Shown: positions 1 through 9,305, counted from the first letter of the stretch. The stretch: DNA of 32,000 nt from Crocosphaera subtropica ATCC 51142 (GCF_000017845.1 NC_010546.1:4710001-4742000); one strand, 5' to 3'. The notes: generated from the sequence alone by a model not told the origin. Numbers and translations: made by a program.

Positions 1-288
1 TTAGGAATCCCTCTTAATACTACCCTAACTAAAACTATTAAAGGAGCTTCTGAAGATACTGTCTTAGCTGCTATAGAAGCGGTTAAGTATCAATTAGAAA
101 CGAGAGAAGTTGATAACCCTGGCGGACTATTAAATAAGGCTATCCAAGAAGGATGGACTAAACCTGAACCTAATTCTGTTCCCTCTCCTCCCAAACCTAA
201 AATCTACCATCCTACTGATGATGAAGAGAAGAAAAAGCTCTCATCAAAAGACTTAGCTAAACTCAGTAACTTATTCAAGGATAAATAA
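1..288 (+). CDS. 3' end of an ORF entering from upstream (95 codons visible); hypothetical, possibly a replication-associated partner of the downstream helicase
   Basis: Frame 1 is open from base 1 to TAA at 286-288 (...AIEAVKYQLETREVDNPGGLLNKAIQEGWTKPEP...KKKLSSKDLAKLSNLFKDK*). The stop lies 2 nt before the helicase ATG at 291, which suggests translational coupling. I recognise no family by eye. Confidence 0.5.
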   Translation, partial: LGIPLNTTLTKTIKGASEDTVLAAIEAVKYQLETREVDNPGGLLNKAIQEGWTKPEPNSVPSPPKPKIYHPTDDEEKKKLSSKDLAKLSNLFKDK

Positions 289-290
289 CT

Positions 291-1595
291 ATGACTAATA
301 ATATTACCCCTCAGAACATTGAAGCAGAAGAAAGCATTTTAGGAGGTATTCTCTTAGATCCTAATGCTATTAGTAGAGTAGCAGACATCTTACCTCCTGA
401 AGCTTTTTATGTCATGGCTCATCAACAAATTTATCAAGCAGCTTTAGACCTTTACCATAAAGACCAACCTTGTGATTTTATGACGGTCAAGACTTGGTTA
501 AAAGACTATAAACTTTTTACTAAAGTAGGGGGAGAGAATAAGTTAACCCAATTACTTGATAGGACAGTTTCTGCGGTTAATATAGACCGTTACGCTGCTT
601 TAGTAGTTGATAAGTATCAGCGTCGTTTATTGATTAATGCAGCTCGTGAGATTGAAGAATTGGGTTATGATACGGTCACGGAATTACCCTCTGTTTTGGA
701 ACTCTCAGAAGAAAAGTTATTTAAAGTTACAGTTGATGAAAAAGATCCCTTTCAACCTCAACCCATTCATGACTGTCTGAGGGATGTTTTTAATGAATTA
801 GAAGAAGGGAAAAGTCCTGCTTATTCGACTGGGTTAACTGACTTAGATAAGTTAACAGGAGGATTGACAAGAAAAGACTTAATTATTATTGCTGGTCGTG
901 CCTCAATGGGTAAGACTTGGTTCTCTATTTATCTAGCTAATCATGTAGCTATGACTTATCAAGTTCCTGTGGTCTTCTTCTCAGCAGAGATGTCTAAAAC
1001 TCAGTTAACTAAACGGTTTCTAGCCATACACTCAGGGATAGATTCGTCAAGATTAATGCGGAATGAAATTTATCAAGATGAATATGATTCCTTAGTTAAA
1101 GGATTAGGAATACTGACTGAGTTACCCATTATTATTGATGACACTCCTGCTAATACCTTAACTCCTTCAAGAATGCGCTCTGTGTTACGCAGAATTAAAG
1201 CAGAAAAGGGAAGCATTGGGTTAGTGGTAATGGATTATATTCAAAAGTTAGGAGACAGAGCAGCAGGGAATAGAGCGCAAGCTGTAGGGAAGTTTTCAGG
1301 GGCATTTAAGGACATAGCGAAAGAGTTTGATTGTCCTTTTATTGCCTTAGCACAGATTAACCGAGGGGTAGAAGGACAAGCTAACAAACGTCCTTTTATG
1401 AGTGATATAAAAGACTCTGGGGATATTGAACAGGATATGGATCTCGGACTGCTATTATATCGGGATGAATATTATAATCCTGACACTCAAGATAAGGGGA
1501 TTATGGAGATTAATGTGGCTAAAAATAGAAATGGACAAACGGGAGTTTGTCAGGTGCAGTTTAATCCTGTAGTTGGAGTATTCTTCAATAGTTAA
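291..1595 (+). CDS. dnaB: DnaB-family replicative DNA helicase (434 aa, no intein)
   Basis: N-terminal DnaB signature PQNIEAEESILGGILLDP...AFY..AHQQIYQA. Walker A GRASMGKT. Walker B-like LVVMDYIQKL. Further motifs are ALAQINRGVE and SDIKDSGDIEQDMDLGLLLYRDEYYN, with C-terminal KNRNGQTG. The reading frame is contiguous. Confidence 0.9.
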   Translation: MTNNITPQNIEAEESILGGILLDPNAISRVADILPPEAFYVMAHQQIYQAALDLYHKDQPCDFMTVKTWLKDYKLFTKVGGENKLTQLLDRTVSAVNIDRYAALVVDKYQRRLLINAAREIEELGYDTVTELPSVLELSEEKLFKVTVDEKDPFQPQPIHDCLRDVFNELEEGKSPAYSTGLTDLDKLTGGLTRKDLIIIAGRASMGKTWFSIYLANHVAMTYQVPVVFFSAEMSKTQLTKRFLAIHSGIDSSRLMRNEIYQDEYDSLVKGLGILTELPIIIDDTPANTLTPSRMRSVLRRIKAEKGSIGLVVMDYIQKLGDRAAGNRAQAVGKFSGAFKDIAKEFDCPFIALAQINRGVEGQANKRPFMSDIKDSGDIEQDMDLGLLLYRDEYYNPDTQDKGIMEINVAKNRNGQTGVCQVQFNPVVGVFFNS

Positions 1596-1654
1596 GTTCA
1601 GTCAATATCTCACTATCTCTTTTGAATATTCTCTATTTTTTGTCTATTTTCTAT

Positions 1655-2263
1655 TTATAAATTGAGAAATGACCATAACTTTTGAAGATTAAAATCATTC
1701 CAATTTAAAGTCACAGAACTCTCTATCATTAAATCCCCTTGTCTCAGTGTAGTTATCAATGCTGAATCATGTTCTAAACTCGAAAAAAGAGCTTCTATAA
1801 CCTGTAATTGATTTCGAGGAAAGGTATAGTAAACTTTATCCTCTTCGACTCTAACCCCTTCTGGTAACTTATCATTTGGGATTTTACCACCTAAAAAAGT
1901 TTTCCACCCTGCGATTAGATAACGGTAAATAATCGAGTCAGTTTGAAATTCAGGGGAGGTTAATAAACGAAGTTGTCCTTCAATAGAATCTTCATGAAGA
2001 ATAATTTTTTCTGGGGTAAAGTGTAATTTTACTTGAATTTCTTTATATTCGACAGTGGCAATGATTCCTTCTGATGAATGAGGTTCTAAATTTTTTAGTT
2101 GTTCAACTCTAGAAACAGCTTGTTGACAGAGAAGTAAAACGGTTTGTCTTTTCAGAGTTAACTGTTTTGTTTCTGAACTAAATACAATATAGTCTTTAAG
2201 AATTCCTTTGAGAATTTGTTTGGAATCTTGGACGGTTGCTTTGAGTTTGTTAAATATGCTCAT
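1655..2263 (-). CDS. hypothetical protein (202 aa), co-directional with and 65 nt downstream of the dynamin-like GTPase gene
   Basis: Long ORF with no competing frame and no recognisable motif. It is predicted soluble, with no long hydrophobic run. Its position suggests an operon with 2329..4938. Confidence 0.6.
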   Translation of the reverse strand: MSIFNKLKATVQDSKQILKGILKDYIVFSSETKQLTLKRQTVLLLCQQAVSRVEQLKNLEPHSSEGIIATVEYKEIQVKLHFTPEKIILHEDSIEGQLRLLTSPEFQTDSIIYRYLIAGWKTFLGGKIPNDKLPEGVRVEEDKVYYTFPRNQLQVIEALFSSLEHDSALITTLRQGDLMIESSVTLNWNDFNLQKLWSFLNL

Positions 2264-2328
2264 CTTGATTACTCAGTAAATAGTTTACACTAATTTTTTA
2301 TTTTCTAAAACTTTTGAATAGAAGTCTT

Positions 2329-4938
2329 CTAATTAACTTGTTCTGTTAAAAATACATCGATTACAGCACATATCTGATTTAGTTCTTGATGCTTTTGGCT
2401 AATCAACACCTTGTCTTGGTAACGCTTTTCAACATTTTTCTGATGTATTTTTTCTTGTTTTTCAAAGAAATCTTCACAACATATAATAATTTTATCTATG
2501 CCTTCCTTTCCCTTTTTTAAAATTGATTCTAAAATAGTAGAAATAAATTCATCTAAATCTTTTTCAATTGACTTTTGAGATTTGTTGATCTGTTGAATAG
2601 TTTCTTCTATTACTTTATTTTTTATGGTATCATGAATGTTATCAACATCTAATAAACCTAGCCCGAAAGAACTGGCAATCCATGATAATATTGCAGCTAT
2701 AATTATTCCAATAAATCCTACCCCTGTAAAAGCTAATAATCCCAGTGCAACAGCACCTCCTCCTAATCCACCAAACAAGACTCCTCCTCCTCCTGTGATA
2801 TCTACTTGAACAGCCTTAATCAACTGAGAAACTTTTTTACTAAGTGTTAGGTTATTTTTTTTGTCTATTGACTGTAAATTTTGATCAATAATAGCCATTT
2901 TTCTTGTTATAAATTCCTCTAATATTTCAATTTTTGGTAACAAAATGTTTTTTACTAAATCATTATCTACCCATGTATCTATATCTTTTTTCAAACAAGC
3001 TACACATTGATTAGTATAGTCTTTAGCTAGTTTGTTTTGATTCCATAAATGCGAATACTCAGATGTCCATGAGGATTTTTTCTGATATAGCCGATGACTT
3101 AACCCTTCTAACCATCGATTGAAAGACTCTTTGGTTTGGACGCTTGCTTCGCTTAATAATTGCTCCATTTTTTTCTGAAATTGTATATCATACCCCGTAG
3201 CTTCTCCTATTTGTTCTATAACCTCTTGTTTAGCTTTTTTAGAAAGGATAACTTCATTGTTGAGAAAGCTTTCATATTCTGTTAAATCGGCTATACATCG
3301 CTGAATTATTAAGTTCAATTCATGGAGATATTTCTTAATTACTAAATAACCTCTTTCGTCACTCATAAATTTTTCTAGGGTTTGAGTAAAATGTTGAAAT
3401 TCTCTTAAATACTCACTCTCGGCTTGATTAATAATAGAATCTAAAGCTTCTTGAGCAGATAAAAAATGAACTCGATTATCTCCACTTATTAAGGCAGGTG
3501 GACTAAACACAATATTTTCAATTCGTTCTCTAACTTGTTGACGATCCTTTTCTCTTCGCAAGAGATCCCATTTATTAACGACAAGAAAAATATTTTCAGC
3601 AGAAACTTCTGAGTTGTCTCCATTTAAAAATTGTTTTAACTCTTGAAGAACTTCTTTTTCTCTTTGAGTTAGGGGGCGAGAAGCATCCGTTAGAAAAATA
3701 ATGGCATCCGTATCTTCGAGAATTTGCTTAGTGATAGCAGTACGGTCAGGATGTTCATTTAACCCTGGAGAATCAATAATTATTACCCCATTTTTACACA
3801 AAGCTAAATTGGGATGCTCGAAGATAACTTCTTTGATAGGATTTTCTATTAGTTGTTGATTGATATCACATTGTTCTAATGCAACCTCATAGTCAATAGT
3901 GACTTTATCCTCATATTTTTCAAAAGGAATTTCTTCTTCTGTACCATCTTGATAGTGACAAATAACTCGTTTTTTCTCCCCATATTTTAAAAGACTAACT
4001 GTTCCACTACAAGGGATAGCTCTAGTGGGTTGAATTTCTTCTCTCAGTAGTGCATTTAATAGGGTTGATTTTCCTTGACTGAAATCGCCAATAACTGCCA
4101 CTCTAAACTGTTGTGATTGCAGAGATTTAGAAGTTTTTTCTAGGTCTTTAATTAGCGTATCAGACAATAATCCCTGTTTGTAGCTATCTTTTAAAATCAA
4201 GGATACTTGATTGAATAATACTTTTAGCTGTTGTCGATGGATTTGGAAATTTTCTAGTTTTTGATAAGAGAAACTCGCTTTAGGAGAAGAGATATTATCC
4301 TGATCATCAAACTTATTAATATTTTGTTTTTCTAATTGGGGTAATTGTTCGCAAATCTGTTGAGCAGCTAAAACAAAGATTTTGTCAAGTTCTTGAAAAC
4401 GACAAGGATCTAATAAGGACTGTAGATCAGCTAAAATATCTGGTTCAATATTTTCTTGATTAGTTAATACTGCTTCAAGTGCCTTTTGATATTGACTTTC
4501 AATCTCAAGAACAAAAGCAATGTGCTTGAGATACTTTTGTTCATTTATCTCTATTTTTCCATCGGCAACGGACATTTGATAGCCTAAACTTAGAAGAAGT
4601 AGCTTTTCTGATTCTGATAAAGATTCTGCAAGAGTAATTATATTATCGATAGAATAGAGTTTCTGCTGTTGAATATTTTTAGTAATAATTTCCGCTAATT
4701 CATAAATATTATCTGCATAAGAGCATAAATACTTAAGAGTTATTTCTAATTTTCCTTTTTCCTCCTCTGCCACTATTCCATCGGCAAAAATTACCCCATT
4801 TAAAACCGCTAAAACAGAGGCTAGAAAAACCACTGGGTGGCTAATATTTTTGGGTTCTAACTTTTGACCTGTTAACTGTGATATTAAAATGTCAACTTTT
4901 GAACTCATTAAGGACGTATTCATAGATTCTAGCTTCAT
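2329..4938 (-). CDS. dynamin-family large GTPase with N-terminal TerB-like domain and C-terminal Gly-rich membrane segment (869 aa)
   Basis: G1 P-loop GDFSQGKST (aa 284-292), G3 DSPG (aa 389-392) and G4 NKWD (aa 455-458), with long helical regions after the G domain as in bacterial dynamin-like proteins. The N-terminus (aa ~33-146) has the paired ADG...E motifs typical of TerB/DjlA-N domains (FADGIVAEEEKGKL and VADGKIEINEQKYL). The hydrophobic Gly-rich stretch GGGGVLFGGLGGGAVALGLLAFTGVGFIGIIIAAILSWIASSFGLGLL spans aa ~716-763 (nt ~2650-2793). Confidence 0.8.
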   Translation of the reverse strand: MKLESMNTSLMSSKVDILISQLTGQKLEPKNISHPVVFLASVLAVLNGVIFADGIVAEEEKGKLEITLKYLCSYADNIYELAEIITKNIQQQKLYSIDNIITLAESLSESEKLLLLSLGYQMSVADGKIEINEQKYLKHIAFVLEIESQYQKALEAVLTNQENIEPDILADLQSLLDPCRFQELDKIFVLAAQQICEQLPQLEKQNINKFDDQDNISSPKASFSYQKLENFQIHRQQLKVLFNQVSLILKDSYKQGLLSDTLIKDLEKTSKSLQSQQFRVAVIGDFSQGKSTLLNALLREEIQPTRAIPCSGTVSLLKYGEKKRVICHYQDGTEEEIPFEKYEDKVTIDYEVALEQCDINQQLIENPIKEVIFEHPNLALCKNGVIIIDSPGLNEHPDRTAITKQILEDTDAIIFLTDASRPLTQREKEVLQELKQFLNGDNSEVSAENIFLVVNKWDLLRREKDRQQVRERIENIVFSPPALISGDNRVHFLSAQEALDSIINQAESEYLREFQHFTQTLEKFMSDERGYLVIKKYLHELNLIIQRCIADLTEYESFLNNEVILSKKAKQEVIEQIGEATGYDIQFQKKMEQLLSEASVQTKESFNRWLEGLSHRLYQKKSSWTSEYSHLWNQNKLAKDYTNQCVACLKKDIDTWVDNDLVKNILLPKIEILEEFITRKMAIIDQNLQSIDKKNNLTLSKKVSQLIKAVQVDITGGGGVLFGGLGGGAVALGLLAFTGVGFIGIIIAAILSWIASSFGLGLLDVDNIHDTIKNKVIEETIQQINKSQKSIEKDLDEFISTILESILKKGKEGIDKIIICCEDFFEKQEKIHQKNVEKRYQDKVLISQKHQELNQICAVIDVFLTEQVN

Positions 4939-4955
4939 AAAAAATCTCTGACTAT

Positions 4956-4994
4956 AACATTCCCCAATGTCACTAAAAAATTAACAACATTCCC
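4956..4994. promoter_or_regulatory. direct repeat AACATTCCC x2 (30-nt spacing) in the divergent promoter region between the dynamin-like gene and the 420-aa gene
   Basis: AACATTCCC occurs at 4956-4964 and again at 4986-4994. Both copies lie inside the 133-nt intergenic region 4939-5071. Confidence 0.25.
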
Positions 4995-5071
4995 AAAAAA
5001 TACGGATGAGTTACTCAACCTAATCTATTAATCTGGACACAGATAGTTTTTTACACCAGGAAAACAGCAAA

Positions 5072-6334
5072 ATGTTGTTTCAGTTCTCTCCCCTCATTGA
5101 AGCAGGAATCGCAGCAGGTAAATATGCACCTGTTATGTCTTCTGGGGTTCCCATTGGACTTGCCAGAGATGTCGCTACAGGCCAGTTTGTTGCTCATGCC
5201 CAAGGTTTGATCAATACGGTAGGAATGCCACTTAACCCCCTAATTTCTCCTATTCAACTGCTGTCCAGTGGCGCACAAATGTATCAAACCCACAGAGGTT
5301 TTCAAGCGGTACAACAAGGGCTTCAATGTCTTCAGGCTAGTGTAGGAGTCTTGCAAGCTACCACTGCTGTCATTGGGGTAGGAGTGGCCGCAGGGGTTGC
5401 TCTTTCTGCTGTCAATCTCTATCACACCCTAAAATTAAGAAAAGCTGTAGAAAGACTCGAAATAAATGTCGAAAACGGCTTTATTGATTTAAAACAAGTC
5501 TTGAAAGATCAAGAACGAGAGATTATTCAACTCATAGAAGAAGTCGCTCAAGATATTAAATTTGAACAACATCGTTTAATTTTAGTCAAAGCCTATGGCT
5601 TGTTTACAAAAGCACTAGATCGTTTGCGTTCAGCCCTTTACTTACAGGATCTTAGCCGTAGAAATGCTGAAATCGATGCAGCACGGGGAATGTTATTTGA
5701 AGCCTTAGCAGACTATACTAATCCTCAATTACTTGAAGAAATATCCGCCCCAGGAATCCTACGCAGAGCCGAATGTGCGTGGGGCATAGAACAAACCATT
5801 ATTGCAACTTACCAAATGCAAGGAGAATTATCTGTTGTCGGAGATCGCCTTGAGTCCCTTCAAGGTAAGATCCGTCAAGATACAGTTAAACTCGTTGAAT
5901 CTTTGGAAACTGAAGACGAGCTTGATTTTCTGTTTCCTGAAATCAGCCGAATTCGTCATCATGATTTAGTTGTTATAGAGTCCTGGCAAACTCAAAATGA
6001 TTGGATCAAGTCTCTCCCTTCTGAAGACCTTAAATTACTTCAAAGTGCTGATTTTAGCCAGACAGATATTCCCCCTAATGCCAGTCAACAAGAAAGCCAA
6101 CTTATGCTCTCAGAACCCCTAGAACTTTCACTTTATAAAGACTTACAAGAAAAGTCTCATCCTGGTTCTCTACGAGATCAGTTATTGTTCATGATGGACT
6201 CTAATTTACGTCAAAATGCTGAATCGTATATTAGTCAGCAAGCAAGTTTATTGGGACATGAAACCTTAGCCTTATCTAATTTACAAATCGCTTCACATTT
6301 AACCATTGCTAATCTTTACTGGTATTTTAAATAG
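5072..6334 (+). CDS. hypothetical protein (420 aa) with one hydrophobic segment and a helical/coiled-coil body; divergent from the dynamin-like gene
   Basis: Long ORF. A hydrophobic segment VGVLQATTAVIGVGVAAGVALSAVNLY lies at aa ~91-117, followed by a charged helical region. The C-terminal motif LTIANLYWYF recurs in a remnant at 26722..26988. I recognise no family. Confidence 0.65.
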   Translation: MLFQFSPLIEAGIAAGKYAPVMSSGVPIGLARDVATGQFVAHAQGLINTVGMPLNPLISPIQLLSSGAQMYQTHRGFQAVQQGLQCLQASVGVLQATTAVIGVGVAAGVALSAVNLYHTLKLRKAVERLEINVENGFIDLKQVLKDQEREIIQLIEEVAQDIKFEQHRLILVKAYGLFTKALDRLRSALYLQDLSRRNAEIDAARGMLFEALADYTNPQLLEEISAPGILRRAECAWGIEQTIIATYQMQGELSVVGDRLESLQGKIRQDTVKLVESLETEDELDFLFPEISRIRHHDLVVIESWQTQNDWIKSLPSEDLKLLQSADFSQTDIPPNASQQESQLMLSEPLELSLYKDLQEKSHPGSLRDQLLFMMDSNLRQNAESYISQQASLLGHETLALSNLQIASHLTIANLYWYFK

Positions 6335-6742
6335 CCACAGTTGAACAAGCCTCGATGTACATTCTTCACCAACTTAGTTCTAGTCGTTTTGAATTTAATT
6401 ATTAAGACGCATTGGGCGTTGATTGTAAGGTAGCAACCAATATTCAAGAGAAACTATCAAAATCTACTAGAACCTAAAATTATGAGTTTTTTAGGTTAAT
6501 GGGGTTTTAAATCATTTCATTACTCGTACTCACTCACCTCCGCTTTCATAAACTAAAAAATGCAGTGTTGATTTCTTCAAGCCTACAGTTATCATGAGGT
6601 ATCATAATTTATGTTGTTAATGCTTTTTACTTTTTATCTTCATCCCTTATTGTATAAAATATAAATAACAATAGAAGCTATATATATCAATAATTATAGC
6701 AATTGTGTACGAGATAATTTTGGGTTTAAAGATAACTACACA

Positions 6743-7252
6743 ATGACAAAAGCAGCAGTTGCTGTATTAAAATTGCCCAGTTTAGAATTAGTAGAAAGTC
6801 AAACAGCATTAATACCCACAACCTTTCCTTATATTCCTGGTTTCTTATCGTTTAGAGAAATTCCGGCACTATTAAAAGTGATAGAAAAACTGACGATTAT
6901 TCCTGATATCATTCTCTGTGATGGACAAGGAATAGCCCATCCGAGACGCTTGGGTATTGCTTCTCATTTAGGGGTTTTACTCAATATTCCCACTATTGGT
7001 GTGGCTAAATCTTTATTAATAGGAAAACATGAAGAAGTTCCCCTAGAAAAAGGCTCCTGGAAACCATTAATTGATAAAAAAGAAGTCATAGGAGCCGTAT
7101 TAAGATCAAGGACAAACGTAAAACCTATTTATGTTTCTATTGGTCATAAAATTAGTTTACCCACAGCCCTAGATTATGTGATGGCTTGTTTGACAAAATA
7201 TCGCTTACCCGAAACCACTAGATGGGCAGATAAGTTAGCATCAGATAAATAA
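6743..7252 (+). CDS. nfi: endonuclease V, apparently 5'-truncated (169-aa ORF; homology runs ~30 nt upstream of the ATG with no start codon)
   Basis: FPYIPGFLSFREIPALL, DGQGIAHPRRLGIASHLG, PTIGVAKS and YRLPETTRWADKLA match conserved EndoV blocks as in the E. coli and T. maritima enzymes. The usual ~40 N-terminal residues are absent. Confidence 0.8.
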   Translation: MTKAAVAVLKLPSLELVESQTALIPTTFPYIPGFLSFREIPALLKVIEKLTIIPDIILCDGQGIAHPRRLGIASHLGVLLNIPTIGVAKSLLIGKHEEVPLEKGSWKPLIDKKEVIGAVLRSRTNVKPIYVSIGHKISLPTALDYVMACLTKYRLPETTRWADKLASDK

Positions 7253-7271
7253 TTAAATTAGCAACTAAACA

Positions 7272-7649
7272 ATGATTAAACTGTTTCTTTTTATTGGTTC
7301 AATTTTAGCTGGCTTATCCGTCGCAGGTGGGGCATTTGCCAGCCACGCTTTGAAAGATAAATTGAGTGATCGCTCCTTAGAAATCTTTGAGACAGGGACA
7401 AAATATCAGATGTATCACGCCCTAGCTTTAATCTTAGTGGCGTTATTTTTAACTCGCCTAGAAACTGTCCCGATGACTTTAAGCAGTGCAGGCTATGCCT
7501 TTATTATCGGTATTCTCATCTTTTCAGGGAGTCTTTACGCCCTTAGTTTGACAGGGGTAAAATGGCTAGGAGCGATCACCCCTATTGGTGGGGCTGCGTT
7601 TCTTGTGGGTTGGCTAAGTTTGGCGATCGCAGCTTGGGGCATGAAGTAA
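7272..7649 (+). CDS. DUF423 (YgdD-like) small membrane protein
   Basis: 125 aa with four hydrophobic helices. The motifs GGAFASHAL and YQMYHALAL are typical of DUF423. Confidence 0.75.
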   Translation: MIKLFLFIGSILAGLSVAGGAFASHALKDKLSDRSLEIFETGTKYQMYHALALILVALFLTRLETVPMTLSSAGYAFIIGILIFSGSLYALSLTGVKWLGAITPIGGAAFLVGWLSLAIAAWGMK

Positions 7650-7723
7650 ATTAAAATTAGAGATTCTTGGTTAAGGGTTCCCTCTAAGATGATAAACTGA
7701 CCTATTAGACACAAAATTTTTGA

Positions 7724-8953
<1,230 letters not shown>

Positions 8954-8974
8954 GTGATCATTGACTGTTATCTT

Positions 8975-8999
8975 AAGGGTGGCAATTTAGCCACCTTTT
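8975..8999 (+). terminator. putative intrinsic terminator after sqdB
   Basis: AAGGGTGGC (8975-8983), loop AATTTA, then GCCACCTTT (8990-8998). This gives a 9-bp stem with one G-U pair, running into a T tract 21 nt after the sqdB stop. Confidence 0.4.
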
Positions 9000-9005
9000 G
9001 TCATA

Positions 9006-9305
9006 TTAGGGATTTCCGATCCAACCCAACATTTTGGCTAAACCCCCTAACAAGGCAACAATCAAACCAATCACTACACCACGATTGATAAATTCTTGAT
9101 TGTCTAACGGTTTACTAATTCCTTCTACTTTTGTATCAAGTGTCTTGATGTCTCCTGATAATCTTTCTTATCCTACTTCAACATTAGTGAGACGTTCATC
9201 TATTTTATACTTTTCTAAAGTCTCTTTTTGGTTGCTACCTATTTTATCCTCAATGTGCTTAAGGATTTCTTCTAATGAGTAGGTAACTGTAACGGGTTCA
9301 TTCAT
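9006..9305 (-). pseudogene. small coiled-coil / C-terminal transmembrane protein gene interrupted by one in-frame TAA (99 sense codons)
   Basis: The minus-strand frame reads ATG(9305) MNEPVTVTYSLEEILKHIEDKIGSNQKETLEKYKIDERLTNVEVG, then TAA at 9170-9168. The same frame continues ERLSGDIKTLDTKVEGISKPLDNQEFINRGVVIGLIVALLGGLAKMLGWIGNP to TAA at 9008-9006. The second half has no start codon of its own until close to its end. Confidence 0.55.

Noticed and set aside
2329-4938. Assignment of the dynamin-like gene to the described Eleos (LeoA/LeoBC) defence system or to a tandem BDLP pair
   Set aside because: Only one GTPase gene is present. It carries a TerB-like N-terminal domain, and the neighbours show no GTPase motifs. 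I cannot support equating it with a named system without HMM searches.
5240-5425. 61-aa minus-strand ORF
   Set aside because: It lies entirely inside the 420-aa plus-strand ORF. It has no motif and is an antisense shadow.
6335-6742. Possible tRNA, att site or small gene in the 408-nt AT-rich spacer between the 420-aa gene and nfi
   Set aside because: I found no cloverleaf-compatible sequence, no ORF longer than ~16 codons and no repeat matching elsewhere in the window. The left island border is outside the window, so att repeats cannot be tested.
9100-9282. 60-aa plus-strand ORF (MSNGLLIPSTFVSS...)
   Set aside because: It is antisense to the much more protein-like interrupted minus-strand gene at 9006..9305. 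Its composition is Ser/Leu-rich and low-complexity.
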